DNA from: an uncultured virus (IMG/VR IMGVR_UViG_2061766007_000286)
Lineage: Duplodnaviria; Heunggongvirae; Uroviricota; Caudoviricetes
Virus record (IMG/VR): IMGVR_UViG_2061766007_000286
Direction: 5' to 3' (one strand)
DNA length: 64,000 nucleotides
Numbering within the stretch: position 1 is the first letter of the stretch; each line of letters starts with the position of its first letter. Shown here in pieces: positions 58,882-64,000 of this stretch. The notes beneath the pieces are model-generated. The model made no database searches and had not been told where the DNA came from. It was given only the letters and a program-made list of their open reading frames with translations. The translations under genes and the position numbers were made by a program.

Positions 58882-59255
58882 ACGAAGAAGAATCCACCGG
58901 TGACATTCGCGACTTTCTGGCTAAAAAGGCAGAAGAAGATGAAGACAAGGAATTCGAAGAAAACTTGATACACAATCGGTTTTCAAACGATCACGACGTA
59001 TTTGTCAAACCACGGAAATCCGAGAAAAAGATCCCAGTCAAGAAGGACACAGGGGAAAAGTGGGAAAAGAGAGTCGAACTGGAAGATCCATACGACCTAA
59101 ACTGGCGCGGAAAGAAGGTCAAGATCGTTCACGGAAGAGACAAAGGCTCCATAGGCGTCATCGACAGGGTTCACAATAGCAAACTCTACATCGACACCGA
59201 CAAGTATTTCGACCTCGAAAAGGATCCGTGGGAAGTGCTGGCGAAGTCAGAATAG
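58779..59255 (+). CDS. leader + KOW-motif protein
   Basis: AGGAG RBS; shared leader; WRGKKVKIVHGRDKGSIGVIDRV. Confidence 0.7.
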   Translation: MKKSEEKFLEALEKVGLSRSLCESINDIRKAVFENEEESTGDIRDFLAKKAEEDEDKEFEENLIHNRFSNDHDVFVKPRKSEKKIPVKKDTGEKWEKRVELEDPYDLNWRGKKVKIVHGRDKGSIGVIDRVHNSKLYIDTDKYFDLEKDPWEVLAKSE

Positions 59256-59273
59256 TTCGCGGAGAACATTGAC

Positions 59274-59304
59274 GAAAAAGACCGGTTCACCGCCGGTCTT
59301 TTTC
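59274..59304. terminator. bidirectional hairpin terminator
   Basis: GAAAAAGACCGG-7 nt-CCGGTCTTTTTC between convergent genes. Confidence 0.8.
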
Positions 59305-60150
59305 CTATCTAAAGAAAACGGAATTCATCTTTCCTTGAACAAACCTCAATATAGGCAGTTCGCTCGTAGCTTTTCTACGAACATCTTGTGCATACGGTAT
59401 GAACGGTTGTGTTATGGAGTCTATACGTATGGTCTCGTATCCGCTCTCGTTCCCGTAGACGCTCACCGGCGAGATACCCATTGAACGAAGTATGACGGCA
59501 TAGAACTCATCGTCTGCGTTCGTCGCTATTATGTCGTCGTCGAATATTGCCGTTGCCAAGTATATGAACTTCCCGAATATCGCCGGAGGATAAAGCGTGC
59601 CACATCCACCCTGTATGCGGTATCCACCGACCTTCCACACGAACACCGTGTTCACAGTTCCGTTGATCGAATATCCGCGCATCAGGTCATCGCACATGGA
59701 GAACGAATACACACAATCGTCGTCGCACGTTATTATCGGGAGATGCAATCCGTTGTCCATGCAATACTTTATCGTCGGCAGCAGCTTCTTGAACATCCGT
59801 ATGTTCCGCTTCACCCACAAAATTTCAACTAGTTTGTATTTGTTCAACAGCATTATGCTCTTCGGAACGACCTTGTTTGGAAACTCGTCAGTCGACAAGA
59901 CGAGAATTATCCTGTAGTCGTTTCCCTGCTTGAGCAAGCTGTATATGGTCACGTATGCCAGGTTTATCCTCTTCGCCCATGTCGTCAACGTTATTATGGC
60001 TTTTGGCGTATCGGATCTGGAATACTTCGACAGAGCGGCCGACATGTCTTCCTTGTTGTCATGCCTTGCAATCAACGACATGAATTCGTCCGCATCCGCC
60101 TTGGCGTCGGTGAAACTGGAGTACACTGGATGCCTGTAATTTATCGGCAT
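59305..60150 (-). CDS. GT-A fold glycosyltransferase
   Basis: ITLTTWAKRI...IYSLLKQ, FKKLLP, IITCDDDCVY, GGCGTLYPP, ADDEF; ATG 60150 overlaps the upstream TGA. Confidence 0.75.
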   Translation of the reverse strand: MPINYRHPVYSSFTDAKADADEFMSLIARHDNKEDMSAALSKYSRSDTPKAIITLTTWAKRINLAYVTIYSLLKQGNDYRIILVLSTDEFPNKVVPKSIMLLNKYKLVEILWVKRNIRMFKKLLPTIKYCMDNGLHLPIITCDDDCVYSFSMCDDLMRGYSINGTVNTVFVWKVGGYRIQGGCGTLYPPAIFGKFIYLATAIFDDDIIATNADDEFYAVILRSMGISPVSVYGNESGYETIRIDSITQPFIPYAQDVRRKATSELPILRFVQGKMNSVFFR

Positions 60151-60956
60151 CAGCGCTTCCTCCCGAACAGCGAACGGAAGAACCCACCGTTTTTCGGACG
60201 CTCGGTTGCGTCCTTCCACTTTCTCACGACCGAGTTGGACATCTTTATGTACTTGCCGCTTTCTATGAGATCCCTCGCCGTTACGAACAGGTTTTCCGCC
60301 GGAACCTCTATCACCGCCTCGCCGAAATGGTTTGTCAGCGACGGCTCCGAAAGCACGCATCTGTTCGACGATAGCGCCTTGAAAATTCTAACCTGTTCCT
60401 GGAACGCCGTTCGATACGCGTGTATGTTCAGTATTATCTTCGATCTGCGGATGTATTCGTCGAGCGCCTCTCCGTATATGCCGGAGAGCATGACCATCTT
60501 GAGTCCGCTCGTATTGCATGAGTTCATCAACTTGACGAGCTTCATGTTTCTTTCTTCGGTTATCGCTCCGTAGAACAGCAGATCTATGTCGCACTCGTCC
60601 TTTCCAATGATCGGTCCGCACGCGGATATCGCCTTTGTCGGTATCATCGGCATCAGCTTCGCCTTTATGCCGTGAGAGGCTAGGAAGCGTATGTTCTCTG
60701 CGTCGTAGTCCCACACTTCGTCGCAGTCGCGCAATATCATCACGGCGTCCGTCGATATCTTGAACACCGGCAGCTGCTCCAGCTGGTATACGATTATTCG
60801 ATGGTCCGGATGCCTGTTTTTTATCGTGAGGAACTCGTCGTATGTAAACAACTGGTAACACAGTATGAAGGCTGAATACTGCTCTGTCTCGGCAAAATGC
60901 TCGTAAAGCATCTGTCTCACGTCTTCACAAACGTTCGTTTTCGAATAAACTACCAT
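60150..60956 (-). CDS. GT-B fold glycosyltransferase-like protein (Glyco_trans_1_2 type)
   Basis: YQLEQL, VWDYD, DIDLLFYG...R, RSKIILNIH, EQVRI...VLSE. Confidence 0.7.
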   Translation of the reverse strand: MVVYSKTNVCEDVRQMLYEHFAETEQYSAFILCYQLFTYDEFLTIKNRHPDHRIIVYQLEQLPVFKISTDAVMILRDCDEVWDYDAENIRFLASHGIKAKLMPMIPTKAISACGPIIGKDECDIDLLFYGAITEERNMKLVKLMNSCNTSGLKMVMLSGIYGEALDEYIRRSKIILNIHAYRTAFQEQVRIFKALSSNRCVLSEPSLTNHFGEAVIEVPAENLFVTARDLIESGKYIKMSNSVVRKWKDATERPKNGGFFRSLFGRKR

Positions 60957-60966
60957 TTCGAGAAAT

Positions 60967-60980
60967 AATATAGGTTATTT
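60967..60980 (-). promoter_or_regulatory. putative early/middle promoter
   Basis: AAATAACCTATATT 10 nt upstream of ATG 60956. Confidence 0.55.
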
Positions 60981-63900
60981 TTCGTCGCAGAGCGCATCCA
61001 GGTCGAAATCGTCCTCGAACCCGATGTCAGCCGTCATTCTGGCCCGCGTGTCCATCATGGTTGGATATACCCGGTATTTCGCAACCACTTCCAAATAGGG
61101 GAATATGTCGCGGAAAACCGTGTTTATCGGCTTGTACGCCTTTATTGCCTGTACGACCCGCTGCTTGTCACCGTGCAGGAACTGGATGTCCTGACCACCG
61201 CCTATATCCACTCTTACGTCGAAATACGGCGTCGGTATGTATTCGGTGACGTTTCCGTTCTCGGCGTCGGCTTCCAGCCGTGTTTTCACGTCGTATTCCC
61301 GGATGAACTCATCATACGGGTTCTCGTTTTCGGTCCATAGCTTCACGACATCCGCCACGACACCGAACAGAAGCATCAGAGCCTTCACACCGGACTCGGT
61401 GCTCTTGAGCATGTGGTAGTGCGGCAACGTCTGCAAGAACCGCCTGGTGGCGCGTTCCTGCTGTTCCTTGGTCGTGTAATACGGGCTTTCCCGTATGTCG
61501 TCCCAGATGCACGTGATGTCGTAGCCCATGTACTTCGCCAGATACGATATCACGTCGAAGTCTATGATGTCCGGGTCCTTCAGATAGGCGATGCGCTCTA
61601 TCCGTTCCAGTATCGGGTATCCGTGGTCGGAGATGCCGATGAACCCGGCTCGTTCCTCGTCCGGCACGACGCTGTTCAGGTCGTACTTGGTGTCGTAGTA
61701 CTCGTGGTAGGACTTCATCGTGTCGATGTGGTCCAGCTTCTTGTACCGGAAAGAGTGGTTGCCGATGTTCTCGTAATCGCATACATAGCAGGGGAGTCTA
61801 TCGGCCTTGTCTTCTATTTCCTTCAAAACGGTTTCGTAGTCTAGCGTTCTGTACTTATTTCTGGACACGACTTCATATTCGTCTTCGTACAACGATTCAG
61901 TTTCGTCCGAGACCACGGTGATGGAGGTTATCTTTGCGGCGAACTTCCGTTCCATGCGTTCCCATTCGTCATATCTGTTCACTTTCCACAGGCCGTTTTC
62001 ACCCGTGACGCACTGGTCCATCAGCATGACGAGATCGTTTTCCTTGAACCTCACGATCGTCCCGTCATGCTTCTTGAATTCATACGCGGCTCTCAGACTG
62101 GACACGTTGTCCTTGCAGGAATTCTCCTGTATGACATGCCCCTTTGCGCAGCGGAGGTTCGGGCGATACGGGTCTCTCACGGTGCCCTGTATGCTGAACA
62201 TTGTTTCGGAGTCCACCTTTTCGACGACATGTTCGCCGAACATGGGAGAGTCGCCGATTATTATAACGCTGTCTCCAACGGAGAACCCGTGCGGATCGTC
62301 CGTTATGACTCGTATGAACCCTTCGTCGTACACGGCCGACTTGACTCGGTTCCCGTAGTAGCTGGACCCATAATTGGACACGGCCTGCCAGTCGACGCCT
62401 TCCACGATGTACTTGTACCAGCCCATGCACTTCATTATGCCGCTTCTCTGCACGCTCTTGACTGTGCTGTCGAACGCTGGAACGTTGAAGTATACCGCGC
62501 CGTTCTCTGGGGCCGGATACGAAAGAACTTCGAACTTCCCGTTGAACCCGTCTACGAGGCAGTCCTCNNNNNNNNNNGGGAGCAGGGTACGAAAGAACTT
62601 CGAACTTCCCGTTGAACCCGTCTACGAGGCAGTCCTCGATGTTTATCTTCTCGCCTGGCATTATACCGTGCTTGGAGTCGTAGAGTTCCGCACACGCGAT
62701 CTCGTCGGAATACATGTAGATGTTCTTTATCGTGTAGTTGACGCCCTCGGCGATTCCAGGATTGGCTTCGTTTTCCTCGAACAGATTGCGCTGCGAGTAC
62801 AGAACGAAAGAATCCTGCACGCGATCGAGATCGTATACCTTCCATTCCCCGTCTCCGACGATGTACATGGTTCCACCGGCTTCGTTGTCCGGATCGACCA
62901 TCATCACGAAGTCGCCGCTTTTCGGCGAATACTCTACATACGCGGCGTCTTCCTTGGTGACGGACGTGACGCCGTTCGGAGCGTTCACGACCAGGACGTT
63001 GTTTTCCCTGTCGGCTTCGACGATCTCGTACACACCGTTTTCGAGTTCTGGCACCCCGGTAAATCCTATTTCATCACCAACTGAAAGACCGTTGTACGTT
63101 CCGGTTGTCACGGTCACGAGTCCGGAACTTATGCTCACGGAGTGTATGGAGCTTCTCGCGACGTTTCTGTATTCGACTGTTCCGGAAGAATAGTTGAACT
63201 CGTTTCCCTCCAGTATGTCATACGAGAACGTTCTTGGGTCGACGACATTTATCACGTGGACGCCGGACGCATCTTCGTTTTCGCACGACACGTCCNNNNN
63301 NNNNNGCCTTTATCACGTGGACGCCGGACGCATCTTCGTTTTCGCACGACACGTCCACGAACATACCGTCTACGAGATTATGGACTTCCACCGTTCTCAG
63401 AGTGACATGCCCGTCGTCGCACGATATGCGGTCGATGTTCATCTTTACGGTCAGATTCACTCCGCTGGTGATCATCTTGGACCCAGTGAACACGTCGGCG
63501 ACTCCCTTTGCGGTGCGGTTCACGATATCGAACTCGGTGTTGCCAGGATAAAGCTCTATGTAACCATGTCTGGTCGTGTCGTTGACGTCCGCGAACGAAG
63601 GGTTGGTCACGAACTCCCGGTCCTTGGTGTTGTATATCAGCCCGACCTGCTTTTCCTTTTGTATATACANNNNNNNNNNGGTGCTCTCTTCCGTGGACGA
63701 TACCACCACACCGTCAAGCCGTATGGACACTTTCGCATCGGATCCGTCTTCTTTAGCAGCAGCGGATATGTCCACTATCCGGTATATCTCGCCGTATTCT
63801 AGCGGGCTCGGCAGGTTGTCGTTTCCCTTGAAGTACACGTAATCACCGGTCGAAAGTCCNNNNNNNNNNGGTTGTCAGATATGTGGTCCTTTATGTCGTT

Positions 63901-64000
63901 TGCGTAGTCGATCGTCTCGCCGTAGTCCAGAGACTTGAGACGGTACATGCCGAACATGTACGGATTCGTCTCGGAGACGTATTTTGGAACGACGAGACCG
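60975..64000 (-). CDS. large baseplate wedge-like protein (T4 gp7/P2 gpI-like C-terminus); 5' partial, four gaps
   Basis: DPDIIDFDVISYLAKYMGYDI...RRFLQTLPHYHMLKSTESGVKALMLLFG...KPINTVF; upstream fragments are open to the window edge and carry repeated beta modules. Confidence 0.7.

Noticed and set aside
17032..60360. Extended starts in the ORF track (3683, 17032, 24360, 29587, 34614, 47452, 57803, 60360)
   Set aside because: Most overlap neighbouring genes or run through promoter motifs; downstream ATGs fit RBS, overlap and family N-termini better.
1..64000. Stop-codon reassignment (TAG or TGA read as sense) as in some large gut phages
   Set aside because: Conserved genes are intact in the standard code, and TAG ends genes directly before terminators (18951, 59255) and at a convergent overlap (50329).

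Overview
This 64-kb window comes from a large, T4-related myovirus (jumbo-phage-like). It is a metagenomic scaffold with 14 N-gaps, most flanked by near-duplicate sequence that represents two co-assembled strain alleles. Recognisable genes: tail sheath, tail tube, gp15-like tail terminator, baseplate wedge (partial), large terminase with a LAGLIDADG intein, gp55-like late sigma factor, gp44/gp62 clamp loader, a probable sliding clamp, DnaJ, anaerobic ribonucleotide reductase nrdD (one intein-containing and one intein-free allele) with nrdG, a radical SAM protein and four glycosyltransferases. Two promoter-like motifs organise the window: TATAAAC(T/A) mostly before virion/late genes and an A-tract-CTATATT motif before replication/metabolic genes. 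Most notable observations: (1) an in-frame amidase-ThyX fusion; (2) a probable -1 frameshift on an A11 run that joins an ankyrin-like protein, just downstream of the tail tube gene, to an unannotated second domain; (3) three late proteins sharing an N-terminal leader (L-x-K-x-G...ESI-x-DI-xxx-V-x-E) on unrelated cargo domains, suggesting a capsid-targeting system; (4) apparently inactivated enzymes (amidase, M15 peptidase, UDP-galactopyranose mutase); (5) an intein-free nrdD allele with Val where the intein needs Cys. All calls rest on motif recognition by eye; no searches were run. No tRNA, rRNA or CRISPR array was seen.
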